Shown: positions 24,501 to 36,000 of the stretch, piece after piece
Layout: every line of letters begins with the position of its first letter
Position numbering within the stretch: the stretch's first letter is position 1
Origin: Nymphaea colorata
Taxonomy: Eukaryota
Direction of reading: 5' to 3'
Length of the DNA stretch: 64,000 bases
Assembly (NCBI RefSeq): GCF_008831285.2
Contig: NC_045138.2
Location: 43,586,001 to 43,650,000 of the forward strand
Notes under the pieces: generated by a model
Told to the model about the DNA's origin: nothing
Seen by the model: only the letters and a program-made list of their open reading frames with translations
Database searches by the model: none
Position numbers and translations under genes: made by a program

Positions 24501-27500
24501 TATTTATGGGCTTGCAATTTGTCATACTTGTCCTATCCAAAATATCAAGAGTGTATTTATGTTGTGTAAGAGTTAATGTGTCACCTTTTCTATCAAGCTC
24601 AACACCCAAGAAATATCGTAGTTCGCTGAGATCCTTCATCTTGAATTCTTGTTGCAATACCTCCTTAACATGGGACATATGACATGAAGAGTTTTCAATA
24701 AGAACTATGTCATCTACATATATGAGTAGCCAAGTGGTAACTTCACATGAATGATAGATGAATAAGGAATGACCAAGTGAATTTCTGAGGAAACCAGCCT
24801 GTTGTATATGGAGGGAAAATCTATCGAACCATGAAGGAGATGTTTGCTTAAGCCCATGCAGCGATTTTTGTAATTTGCACACCCATTTGGTTGGATCATT
24901 GGTAGCATATCCTAGAGGTTGTTCCATGTAAACTTCTTCCTTTAAAAAACCATGAAGAAAAACATTTTTAACATCCAACTGATGTAAATTCCAACCATGT
25001 GAGACGACAAGAGAGATGATAACCCGGATCGTTCCCATCTTGACGACTAGACTGAAAGTCTCATCATAATCTTCCCCGTACTGTTGAGTGAAGCCTCTAG
25101 CCACGAGTCAAGCCTTGTATCTATCAATGCTTCCATCGGGTTTATATTTGAGTTTGTAAACCCATTTTGAGCCCACTACGTTCTTACCATCTGGACGAGG
25201 AACGATCTCCCATGTTTGACATTCATTTAAGGCAGCCATTTCTTCATTCATGGCCTCGATCCAATGTTTGCTTTTGCACGCTTGCTCATAGCATTTTGGC
25301 TCCACCCTTTTTTTCAATTCTATCATGAAGAGCTGAAAATCCAAAGAGAAATGATCATAACTTACCCATCTATCAATAGGGTTCCACACACGTTTTGATT
25401 TACGTGGATAAGTAGTGGCAATTTCTGGATCAGCTGGAACTGATCGTCGATTGATACACCACTCCTAAAAACCGATTAGGTGAAGTCATGTTCATGCTGT
25501 TGGTCTGAGTAGATGAAGGTATGCTGTCCATCTGTGGCTGTCTTGAGCTCATCAATAGTTCTGTCACTTCGTGCGTGGTGTGTATCAGTTTCTTGGTCTA
25601 ATATTTCAGCATTAAATCATGAGTCATATACATCATTTCTAACATTAAGTGTTGCATGTGGCTCCTTTAAATCCATCATCCTGAGCTCATCAAAAACAAC
25701 ATATCGTGAAACATGCACACGTCCAGACTTTGGATTGTAGCAGCGATAGCCTTTATAATTTTCTGCATAACCCATAGATCTACACATGGCAGCTCGATCT
25801 TGAAACTTATTTCTCAAAGAAACATCAACATGAACATAACAGATGCATCGAAAAACGCGCAGCTCGTCATAATTTGGCTGTTCTTGATGTAAAATAAAGG
25901 ATGGAGATTTTCCTTCAAGCATGGATAGTGGCAGTCGATTAATAACATGAACAACAGTATGGAAGGCTTCAGTCCATAAAGTCATGGGCACATTACTGTT
26001 ATGCATCATACTGAGAGCACTTTCAACTATGTGCCTATGTTTTCTTTCAACAATACCATTCCGTTGTGGTGTGTGTGGATAAGAAATCTATCTAGTGATC
26101 CCATGATTTAGTAAGTACTTAGTAAATTCATTCGAAATGAACTCACCACCACCATCACATAAAAGGATGAGCATGGCTCTTATAAATATGACAACTTGAG
26201 CACATGCTAGACTCACTGACAGGACTTAGACTGGACTTTTTTAATAGTCCGTCTGCAACAAGACTTTGAATGAAAGACCGACTACAATGTGTTAAATGAC
26301 CGTGCCAAAGAGATGGCATATCATACTTTGTGATATTGACTTCACTATGACTGCGAAATGATGAATCTGAAACACAAGACTTAGACACTTTTGGAGTTTC
26401 TTCAATGACGTACATGTCTCCTTTGCGAACACCCTCAGCGAATGTCTTCTTGGTTCGAGCATCCTTAACATAAACAAAAGAAGGAGTAAACTCAATAGAG
26501 GAATGAGTATCATCAATAAGCTTTTACACAGAAATGATATTTTTCTTGACATTTGGAACAACAAGAACATTCCTTAAGGGTATTGAGGAATGAGCCATGG
26601 ATAAGTGTGCATTTCCAATATGCGATATTTTGTTATGGGAACCATCACTTGTGACGACTGAGTCTTTAGCTAAATAAGGGAGAGCACTAGAAAGCGTACC
26701 TGCGTCACCAGTTACATGAGCTGCAACACTAGAATCCACATACCATTGTCCTTCCTCATTTTGCTTGAGATTGACTTTAGACAATGCTGTCATTAGAATC
26801 TGCTGCACATCAGGGGAAATGTTCGATGCCGCAGTCGTGTTCGAAACAGATGACCCTGCTGCCTTATTGTCACACCTGACCTGTTTTCCCTTGTTCTGAG
26901 GGTTATGCCAACATTCTGACTTCACATTACCTCTCTTATTGCAATATAAACAAGTAGGTATCATTCGTGGTACATTTACCTATGCATTTGTGTTAGGTGT
27001 AGGAAGGATACATCTCTCTATCCCTACCTGTGAGTTCCAAACTCTTGGACGACTTCCTTGCGAAGCATGGGTCCCAGTGACCAACACATTGTGACAGCTA
27101 GAATGAATTAATTCATGTCGCTGTGCACGACTAGCTTCATGCTGAATCGATTTTGCTTTCAGGTCTTCAAAAGAGGAAAGAACATGCAATACCTCTAAAG
27201 CAGTGCAGAAAACATCAAATTTTGGCCTCAATCCACTCAAAGCTTGTTGTACCTTGTCCTTGTCGCTGACCGGATGCCCTATGATGGCAAGCTGATCACT
27301 GACATTTTTTATCTCATGTATATATTCCAGGACTGAACGTGTGCCTCGCTTGATATCATGAAATTGCCTCTTGAGTTGTAGAAATCTCGCTTCTAATACT
27401 TGAGAATACGTGATAGCAAGTACATTCCACAACTCAAGTGCTGAAAGATCATCATCAACACCCGCCTAAACTTCCTCTGATAGTGTGGAGGTGATATAAG

Positions 27501-30500
27501 CAACGAGAGATTGATCATGACTCATGAGCCATCCACATCTCATATTCAGGATTGATTTCTGCAATGGTCTCTTGAACTTGCCCTGCAACATTCTTCACCT
27601 CTCGCATAATTCATTCAGGTGGCGCAGATGTAGTGCTATTGAGATGTCCATAGAGACGGTGACTTTTGATGAACGGGACTATTTGACATTTCCATGTCAA
27701 ATAATTGGTATGATTTAGCTTTTGTGAGATGAGTTGGGAGAGGAAATTGGACGACAAGATGTTGGAATTGCGGTGGGGATCCATAGATGCAATAATCAGA
27801 AAATAGGGGAAAAATAGAAATTTTGATATTAGGGTTAGGTGGCCGAAGGTAGGGCAGATTAGGGTTAGGGCAGACAGTAGGATTATGGCAGATTAGGGTA
27901 GAAAATTTGGGGTTTAGGATTAGGGTAGAAATTTGGGGATTAGGGTAGAAAATAGAGATTTGAGGATTAGGACAGGAAAGAAACAAAGATTAGGGCAGAA
28001 ATTAAAGATTCTTACCGGACATTCTCAGTGGCAAAACCCTGCTCTGATACCATGTAAGATTTTGATATCTAATACCAAACCACCGAATGAAGTTAGATGC
28101 AAGAGGAGGAAGAGAGAAGTGGGCTGCATGTCCAAGTAAGAGAGAGATGAAAGAGAGCGGCAACAAATGACGTCTGCCTCTTGTTATCATTATATACTAA
28201 TCACGATTTAGGGTGCATCATAAAATACACAAAATAACATTAAGATTTACAAGTATGCCACCGCCCATGATGTGTTGGGCGTGTGGATCAAATGGGTCGG
28301 GTCTGGGTGACCCGATCCACATTGTACAAACTTAACACTGATAAGTTCCCTGAAATAACTTTGACAAGATCTTGTGAAGAACTACATGCTGAGATTGTTG
28401 TGCATGTAGGTTGCTTTATATTGCAAATTGACATGATTAAGTCTCAACTTTCACTTGATTTTCTTGCTGTTGTCTGCTGATATGAACTATTTGCAATTTG
28501 CGTTGCAGATTTTACCACTTTTTAGCAAGTACAGAGTAATTAATTTTAACAAGACAGATGCACGGTTAGCAAATAATGGACTTCCAGCTGAGCTTCAGAA
28601 ACTCCGGTGCCATGTTAATTTTCAGGCACTAAAGTTCAACCGCCGAATCGAGGCTCTAGGGAGGAAACTGGTAAAAGTCCTCCATGCAAAGGGACCATTT
28701 GTTGCATTACACTTGAGATATGAAATGGACATTCTAGCATTCTCTGGTTGTACCCATGGTTGCTCTGAAGAAGAAGCAGAAGAACTGAAGAGGATGAGGT
28801 TTGGTGATTGGAGATTATGAATAGTGGATTTCATGTTTTCGGTTTAGCTTACTATCTAATCATTATTACAAAATACTTGAAGTCAATTTTCAATTTTCTG
28901 TTCATACCTGATCTTGTTCTAAATACATTTGAAGTTTGAGCAAGGATTGTCGTTTTGCTTCTTTTGTCAATCTCAAATATTAATGCCAATGAGAGCTCCA
29001 TCCACCTTGTTGGATTTATCTCCCAGCAAAATCTGGTACCATTTTCATCTTTCCAATACCAAAAAGAAAAAGAAGAAATAGATAACCAAGTATTAGTTGG
29101 AAAACCTACAAAATGACAACTAGACAAACAGATAAAAAAACACTCATATTTCTAAATGCTTCATATCACAGCCTACTTATCATATTGTGTTTCCTAATTC
29201 AAGTGGGTAAAACAAAACTTTTGAAACTTGGGTTTTTTCTATTATTGTGGTAAAATTTAACTGTTTTTTTTCATGAAATTCTTAATTATTTGGCCTAATG
29301 CAATTGTACGCAGCCTTTGTCAGTCAGAAGGGGAAGGTGCAATTCTGGTTTCTGTCATAGTTAGCAGTCTTTTCTGTTATTAACTAAATCCCTTAAGTTT
29401 TTTTTTTTTTTGGCCTTAAAAGCCTCTCTTATCCACGTGGACCCGTGTTGTCAGGTATGCATATCCATGGTGGAGGCAGAAAGAGATTGTTTCTGAAAAA
29501 AGAAGACTAGAGGGTTTGTGCCCTCTTACTCCAGAGGAGGCTACACTAACCTTGCGTGCACTAGGTTTTGGAAAGGAAACACAGATATATGTTGCTTCTG
29601 GTGAAACCTATGGGAGTAAACGAAGGCTTTCAGCATTACATGCTGCTTATCCTCACATTGTGAGTTCTCATCAACTCATCATGAAAAGCTAATTTTGCAT
29701 TGCTTTAGCAAATTTCAGAGAATAGCTATGCCAATGCCTTGCTGCACTTTTGCAAAATGAAAAAAGATGGCTTTGCAGTATCTGTGTCCATACTCCATAT
29801 ATCATTGAATGTATGTTGTCACTTCCTCGGAAGGAGGGGTTATCTGTGACATGAAGTGGCTCAAATTGCTTTGTGATCAGTCAATGACTGAATGGCTCTG
29901 ATTAATTTTGCTTGAAGCATATATTTGTTCTCAAAATTTTTTTGAGCCGATTTTACTCCTTATAATGTTTATTTCAGGTGAAAAAGGAGATGCTACTTGA
30001 TTCTGAAGAATTAAAGCAATTCCGCAATCATTCTTCCCAAATGGCCGCACTGGATTATCTTGTCTCCGTTGGAAGTGATATATTTATTCCTACCTACGAT
30101 GGAAACATGGCAAAACTGGTTGAAGGCCATCGCAGGTGTGTTTATGACTCTATCATAGTGGGTGTATTTGTGTGCATATACTTTTACAAGATAGATAAAA
30201 ATAGTTCACCTTGCCCAAAAGGGTACTGAGTGTTGAAGGTGGCTTAGAGTTCAAAGCTAGGAGTTTACTGGCGAAAGCAATGAGAAATCCTTACCGAGAG
30301 GGGCATTATGGGTACTGGGAGGGGCATGTGGGGGTATCTCAGGGTCTTACACCAAAGATACGGCAAAAAGCAAGCATAATAAAACTGCACCTCCTAGGTC
30401 ACCAAACCCAGGAAGCCTCTACAGTCCAGGAAATCGGGTACTTTTCCTGGGTATTGAGGAAACCTCACCTTGCGCTTCTTGAAGAACATTATGGATGTGT

Positions 30501-30797
30501 TTGTGATAAGTTATTTTTTTATTACTGTGTAGATATTTGGGTTTTCGAAAAACCATTTTGCTAGATCGAAAGAAACTAGTGGAGTTTCTAGATTTGCGCC
30601 AAAATGGCACACTTTCATGGGAGGAGTTTGTTGTTGCGGTTCGTCAGATGCACAGACAACGAATGGGTCAACCTGTTTTGCGCAGAATAGTACCAGACAG
30701 ACCGAAGGAAGAAGACTACTTCTATGCAAATCCTCAGGAATGCCTCTGCTACACTTCAAATTGTGAAGCCAATAATATTTCAGCGTCTGATTTCTAG
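11231..30797 (+). CDS. O-fucosyltransferase family (DUF246, GT106) protein, rhamnogalacturonan-I rhamnosyltransferase (RRT)-like; 8 coding exons, 535 aa
   Basis: Exons 11231-11606, 17587-17654, 17748-17836, 17933-18089, 28509-28798, 29455-29659, 29978-30135, 30533-30797. All introns are GT-AG with consistent phases; total 1608 nt = 535 aa + stop. N-terminal TM anchor ([23 protein letters not shown]) and family motifs [63 protein letters not shown]. Confidence 0.93.
12165..13010 (+). mobile_element. Highly degraded Ty1/copia RT-RNase H relic in RRT intron 1
   Basis: 12170-12290 translates [40 protein letters not shown] degenerate WRxKKQ motif lies near 12975-12995, and a PBS-like tggtatcaga at 13381. 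Confidence 0.7.
14600..14912. mobile_element. Probable degenerate non-autonomous DNA transposon (MITE) with clustered GCCTAGG motifs
   Basis: Repeated cctagg/gcctag motifs at both ends flank an AT-rich core; a similar cluster lies at ~17145-17200. No TSD resolved. Confidence 0.4.
15453..15504. repeat. (TA)n microsatellite
   Basis: Uninterrupted TA run; a (CA)n run lies at ~15047-15078. Confidence 0.95.
16760..16906. repeat. Tandem duplication of a ~75-bp AT-rich unit
   Basis: tatataattttttaagcaaaatatgaacatgctaatgt...gattagtacaaaacattgt occurs twice in tandem. Confidence 0.85.
17587..17654 (+). CDS. RRT-like exon 2
   Basis: tttcag| (R)[22 protein letters not shown] |gttggt. Confidence 0.93.
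17748..17836 (+). CDS. RRT-like exon 3
   Basis: atgcag| [29 protein letters not shown](S) |gtatat. Confidence 0.93.
17933..18089 (+). CDS. RRT-like exon 4
   Basis: ttgcag| [12 protein letters not shown]...[13 protein letters not shown] |gttaga. Confidence 0.93.
18469..23779 (-). mobile_element. Ty1/copia LTR retrotransposon (inner, young, 5311 bp, short LTRs, Ale-like)
   Basis: 180-bp LTRs 18469-18648 and 23600-23779 with 2 mismatches. Perfect TSD CACAA at 18464-18468 and 23780-23784. PBS at 23588-23599; PPT next to 18649. Confidence 0.97.
18656..22876 (-). pseudogene. gag-pol of the inner Copia: one reading frame, three premature stops
   Basis: ORFs 22553-22876, 21545-22456, 20054-21505 and 18656-19936 share one frame. 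Motifs [62 protein letters not shown]. Confidence 0.95.
23785..27790 (-). pseudogene. Disrupted gag-pol of the outer Copia
   Basis: Fragments: gag (26980-27432), zinc knuckle and protease ([21 protein letters not shown]), integrase (WTEAF, KGYRCY), RT (YVDDIVL), RNase H ([19 protein letters not shown]). Confidence 0.9.
28509..28798 (+). CDS. RRT-like exon 5
   Basis: ttgcag| [24 protein letters not shown]...[15 protein letters not shown]...ELKRM(R) |gtttgg. Confidence 0.93.
29455..29659 (+). CDS. RRT-like exon 6 (absent from the ORF track)
   Basis: tgtcag| [28 protein letters not shown]...[10 protein letters not shown]...YPHI |gtgagt. Confidence 0.93.
29978..30135 (+). CDS. RRT-like exon 7
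   Basis: tttcag| VKKEMLL...[13 protein letters not shown]...[11 protein letters not shown](R) |gtgtgt. Confidence 0.93.
30533..30797 (+). CDS. RRT-like exon 8 (terminal coding exon)
   Basis: gtgtag| [14 protein letters not shown]...[17 protein letters not shown]...SDF*. Confidence 0.93.
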
Positions 30798-31188
30798 TTA
30801 TTTGATGGAGGTCACACGACCTAGGCTACAAATGTATTTAGTAGTATATACTATATAGTTAATTCCAGATTTTGACAGAAGCCAGGTCTGTCATTCATAT
30901 CAAACTTCATTGATGCAGCTTACCAAGTGTCTTGTATCTAGTTAGTTCCCAATGCGTCTTTAGCTGTGGAATCAAATGAAGATATTTTTAATCCTGCTGG
31001 CAAATTGTACAAAGAAAGCTAATCCAGAGAAGTTCCTTATTTTCAGGTGAGTTAAACTGTTTACGCTCTTAGTTCTGTTACATATGTATCTTGTCAGCTA
31101 TTTAGTTTGGAAGAGAGAATGTGTGGTTAGAATGCTTGTAAGTGAAAGTTCAACAAGTACTTTTGTGAAGTGACAAAAGTGTATTGAG

Positions 31189-31190
<2 letters not shown>

Positions 31191-31271
<81 letters not shown>
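31191..31271. repeat. (TA)n microsatellite
   Basis: About 40 TA units downstream of the RRT-like stop codon. Confidence 0.95.
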
Positions 31272-31276
<5 letters not shown>

Positions 31277-31821
31277 TTTGTTGAGCACATTTTTGTTGGA
31301 ACAACTTTTATTTAATGATTGAGAGTTGTACCACACACACACATACTCAGGGGGGGGGGAGAGAGAGAGAGAGACTGGTCCTTCCAAGAAACTTGTTCCC
31401 AAATGAAAAATGGGATCGTATGGGCCCTCCTATCAAATCAGATCAGATGGCCTAAATTAAGAGCGTTTTTCTCTTCTTTTTCCGTTTTTCATTTTAACAT
31501 GATTAAAAGGAGGAAGGAAGGCCCTCTCTCTCTTTTTCTTTCTCTATGTGGCTGACGTAGCCCTTGCCCTGTGCACTTGTTAATCCACTTCTCTCTCTCT
31601 CTCTCATCAGCCAAGAAGGGCTTCCATGGCAGCCATTATAGGTGGTGCGTAAAGAAACAAGTAGCAAAGTGGCAGCCAAAAACTTTGAAATTGTTGTAGC
31701 CAGAGCTTTTCACATTGAAAAAATTTGTGTTTCAATTAGAATGGGAATGTTATTTTTTCATTTTTACTAACCTGTATCTGAATGAATTTGCCATTGCCTT
31801 AGAAAGAATGGCCCCTAGGAA

Positions 31822-33054
31822 TTTTTTTTTTTTTTGGTACGTAAGAGCGATTTAGAACCACATTAACTGAATAACACGAGGTTGAGCTACACCAATTAAA
31901 TCATCATCAATCAACCGATGCAAATGACCAGGTAGATTGATAAGAGCAATTACTCCAAAGGATTTTTGAAAGATCCATAAGGCAAGAAAATCAGCATACA
32001 TATTAATTTTTCTATACATATGATATAAGACACACTTCCAATCTCGTATCAGCAATTCTTGACATTGCTTCACTATTTGGAATAAAGGGTCACGAGGTTG
32101 CATTTCATTTAGAACATTGTTCACAGCTAGCAAGGAATCTAATTCAACAATAACTTTATGAAGCCACGTTCTCAAGTTAATTTCAAACCATGAAGAATAA
32201 CATTAATTTCAACCTTAGTTATATGACTACAACCTGCATCACAAGTGAAGCCAAATAGCCATTTTCCATTATCATTGCGAAATAAACCACCAGCGGTTCA
32301 GTCACCTAGATTTGTTCTAGCAGCCCAATCAACATTCAACTTAACAAAACCATGACATTCATGTAATAAAGGTATGAACTTTCCATTGGGGTAATTGAAG
32401 TTGGGCCATATGGTTTTTGAACTCTTCAATAGAAGCAAATATGTGAAATAAAGCATCATTAGACCAGAAAAATCCATCTTCAAATACAACTCGATTCTGC
32501 CATCGCCAGATATGCCAACAAGTGAAGCAAAAGAAAATAGACTAAGGAATCATATCGTTAATCAGAAAGCGATGCCTAGAAATATTATTTCTCAGTCAAA
32601 CCTTCAAATTAGCTATATTAAACTCTAACAATTTAGCCCCATGAAGATAAGCATCTCATATAGCTTGAGAAGAACTACAATCCTAGAGGACATGCAGAGT
32701 ATTTTCCTCAAGTGCACCACACCAAGGACAAACTGCATTAGTCACAATATTACGACATACACAAGTAGATCTAGTAAGAAGATGATTATGAAATAATATC
32801 CAAATAAAAAACTTAACCTGAGGGGGAATATCCAGTTTTCATAGTTTAGACCAGATGCTATCTGTGTGAACATCAGCAATAAGCAACTTATAAGCAGAGG
32901 AAAGAAAGAAGTTGCCATCGTCTGAAGCTTGCCAAAAATTCCTATCTTGCTCATCCTATTGAAGCTGCACAAATGAAAGCTGATCCCTAATATTAGTGGG
33001 CAAAAGCGCTTACAACTGCTCACTCCAATTATTGTTACAAACATAGTCCTTAAC
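31822..33054 (-). mobile_element. Non-LTR retrotransposon (L1-type LINE) 3' end: zinc-finger and RNase H-like region plus poly(A) tail, 5'-truncated
   Basis: Minus-strand RNase H motifs VKLNVDWAARTNLG, KVIVELDSLLAVN, HMYRKINMYADFLA and CP..G..EENTLHVL*DC. The T-run at 31822-31835 reads as poly(A) just after the ORF end. Confidence 0.8.
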
Positions 33055-36000
33055 CTACTCTTTTACTATTTCTACATGGTATCAGAGCCAAAGGTTCTGA
33101 AAATTTTTTAGTTTGCCGTGAAGTTCTGGCTCTGTTCCATTGCTCACCTGGTGCTGTTCTCCATCTCCTGATGCATTGCCCGACATTGGTTGGCTTCATG
33201 TTGCCCAGTTTTGTCGTCCGTCATCGTCGCCCAACTTCAGACCTCCTAGCTCGCCCGACGCTGCCTGCCTCTTTGTCGCCTGATGCTAGCTCGCATGGTG
33301 CCGTCTGCAGCGTCTCTCTGCCTTCTTGCGGTTGCCTAAGGTTTCACCATCGCCTACTGTCAGCCTCCATCGCCCTGTCGTCTACTGGTCTCCCGCCATC
33401 GCCTGTCGTCTGCTCCTTGGTCGTCGATCAGTCCCTCAGCTCGCCCTGTTGAGGAAGGCACCTTCTATGTGGTTGACTCCCTTCTTCGGCGTGGCAACAG
33501 CTCTCCTGGCATCGTTTTCACCTGGGCTACTTGGTCTTCCAGACGATCAGCGCTCTGTTGCTCAACGTTGTCGCCCGACTCTCTGTTGTTGCTCGTGGAG
33601 CTCTGCTGTCGACTACAACCCCTTCTACCGTGAGCTCTGCCCATTGTCGCCTACCTTGTTGTCACCTGAGCTGCACGGGTCTGCTGCTTACGGCTCATTG
33701 CCGTCTCCCTGCTACAACGAAGCTGGGTTTCAGCCACGACTATCCTTGTTTCCACTCGTTCCCCCTTCTGGTATCCTCTGGTACTGCTATTTTGTGCTCG
33801 ATGTTGTGCTCTACATGCCTTCTCTTTTTGTTGTTGACTATTTTACTATTGTGAGATGGCTATTTCATCCTCCTCTACTGTTAACACTAATTATGTTGAT
33901 GTTGGGGGTGTTAGAAGTTAGAACTAAAAATATACCTGTTCATGTCACCATTATTTATCTTACCAAAGAAAACTATCTTCAATGGTCTGCTGCTATCGCC
34001 ATGGGGATCGCTGGTCGAGCAGAATTGCATTTATAAATGGGAGGAAGATTGAATCGGCTGAGACGAATGTTGCTTGGGACACATGGTTTCTTGAGGACAA
34101 CCAAGTTAGGACTTGGATTGTCAACTCTGTGTTCCCCAAGATTCAGCCCCTCATTCTTTGCAAGAGGACTACGAGGAATATGTGGGTTATACTTGAGCAG
34201 ATGTATGGCCAAAAGAAGAAAGTTGTTTGGGTGTTTCAGTTGATGAAGGATGTCTATTCTCTACGGCAATGTGAACACTCTGTAGCAGATTTCTGTGCAG
34301 CCTTGAAATCTAAGTGGGAGGAACTTGACTACTATTCTGATGACACTTGGGATTGTCCCCAAGATCAAGTGCGCCATTTAGCCAAAGAATGGGAGAATAG
34401 GGTGTTCCTATTTTTGGCAGGATTAAATGATGACTTTGAAGGTATAACGAGTCAAATCCTTAATTCTGACGGACTGCCTAGTATTGAAGATGTTTACTCC
34501 CGTGTAGAGGCTGAAGAGCAAAGACGCCTTGTTATTACTGGAAAAAAGGGGGATCACATCTCATATAATGAGAGGTCTACCCATGTTAGCCATGGTCCTG
34601 TAGAAGCTGCTCGACCTCCTCGCAAGTGCACTCACTACAAGAAGACTGGTCATACAGTAGATTTTTATTGGGACCTCCATCCAGAAAAGAAGAATAGTCG
34701 AGGGAGACCTAGTGGGAAGAAATCTATTTCTGATGCTACCAACTCTAGTGGAGGGAAAGCCTCTATCTCAGCTGAATAGATTCGTGAGCTTCGTGCTTAT
34801 CTAAGAAGATTGATGTTGGTCAGACCGAAGTGTCAGATGATGTGAATGTTAACCATGCTCTGGCCATTTTTTGGTGAAAAAGGTAATTCTGGCATGGGAG
34901 AATGGGTTGTCGACAGTGGTGCCACCCATCACATGACTGACAATCCTAAGCTCTTTCATGAGTATAAGTTATTTTCTATGAAGGAATTTGTTTCTCTTGC
35001 CGATGGTTCCCTTATCTCTGTTGCAGGAAAAGGGGGTCTTTCTTTGTTAAAAAAATTTTTAGTGCATGGTGCCTTACATGTTCCTCATCTTCCCTTGAAT
35101 CTTATCTGTCAGCAAGATTACAAATGAGTTGAATTGTGAACTCAGATTCTCTGCAAATTGTTGTGCTTTGCAGCACTTGGTGATAGGGAAGAGGATTGGG
35201 ATTTGTTTGGTGTCTGAAGGCTTATATCAACTTCCCATCTGTGTGGCCAATGCTCTTATGACAACAGTTAGCAAAACCGAAAAGAAGAGAGAAGATTGTC
35301 TTCAATTATTTTTGTATTGGCATGAACGCCTTGGGCATCTCCCTTTTGGAGTTTTGAAACAGTATTTCCTGGGTTATGTTCTAGTTTGGACATATCTATG
35401 ATATCTTGTGATATATGTCAGTTTGCTAAACATGTTACGGCTTCATACCCTGTTTCCAACAGTCGTGCTAATGAAGTTTTTTCCTTGATCCATTCTGATG
35501 TATGGGGGCATTCAGGAATTCATACCCGTTATCGTTTTCAGTATTTTATAACCTTTATAGATGATTACTCAAGAAGTACCTTTGTTTACTTGTTGAAAGA
35601 TCGTAGCGAAGTGCCTCATGTCATAGATACCTTCATTCTTCTTGTGGAAAACTAATATGGTGGTTCTATTAAAACCTTTCGGTCTGATAATGCTCATGAG
35701 TATGTATATCAAGCTGTAGAGTAACCTACTGGTATAGCACGGTGGGCCCATGCGACATCTTGCAGTTATACCCCTCCTTAAAATGGGATCGTTGAGAGGA
35801 AAAATCGCCAGCTGCTTAATGTCACTAGAGCCCTCTTGTTTCAAATGAATCTTCCAAACTATTATTGGGGAGATGCTGTTCTTACTAGTGCATACTTGAT
35901 TAACCGCATATCTAGTTGTGTGTTAAATAGACGGACCCCCCACTTTATGCTTTCAGGGAATCATCAACCCTTTCACCTCCCCCTTCGTGTCTTTGAATGT

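Larger units (their letters stand above)
18149..28337 (-). mobile_element. Ty1/copia LTR retrotransposon (outer, older), full length but interrupted by a nested Copia
   Basis: LTRs 18149-18427 (3') and 28053-28337 (5') are TG...CA and differ by ~11 substitutions plus a 6-bp indel. Perfect TSD CTGAT at 18144-18148 and 28338-28342. PBS at 28041-28052; PPT next to 18428. gag, PR, INT, RT and RNase H fragments at ~23785-27790 with many stops. Confidence 0.96.

Noticed and set aside
27825..28000. Interstitial telomere or chromosome-fusion site
   Set aside because: The units are degenerate, interspersed and lie inside a retroelement leader; there is no tandem TTTAGGG array.
28852..29127. 91-aa Trp-rich minus-strand ORF in RRT intron 5 as a captured gene fragment
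   Set aside because: No recognisable motif, non-ATG start and no supporting splice structure.
33171..34036. ORFs of 93-236 aa upstream of Copia gag as an extra gene
   Set aside because: They overlap in several frames in a GC-rich leader; the end of the 236-aa ORF is simply the frameshifted gag N-terminus (LTKENYLQWS).
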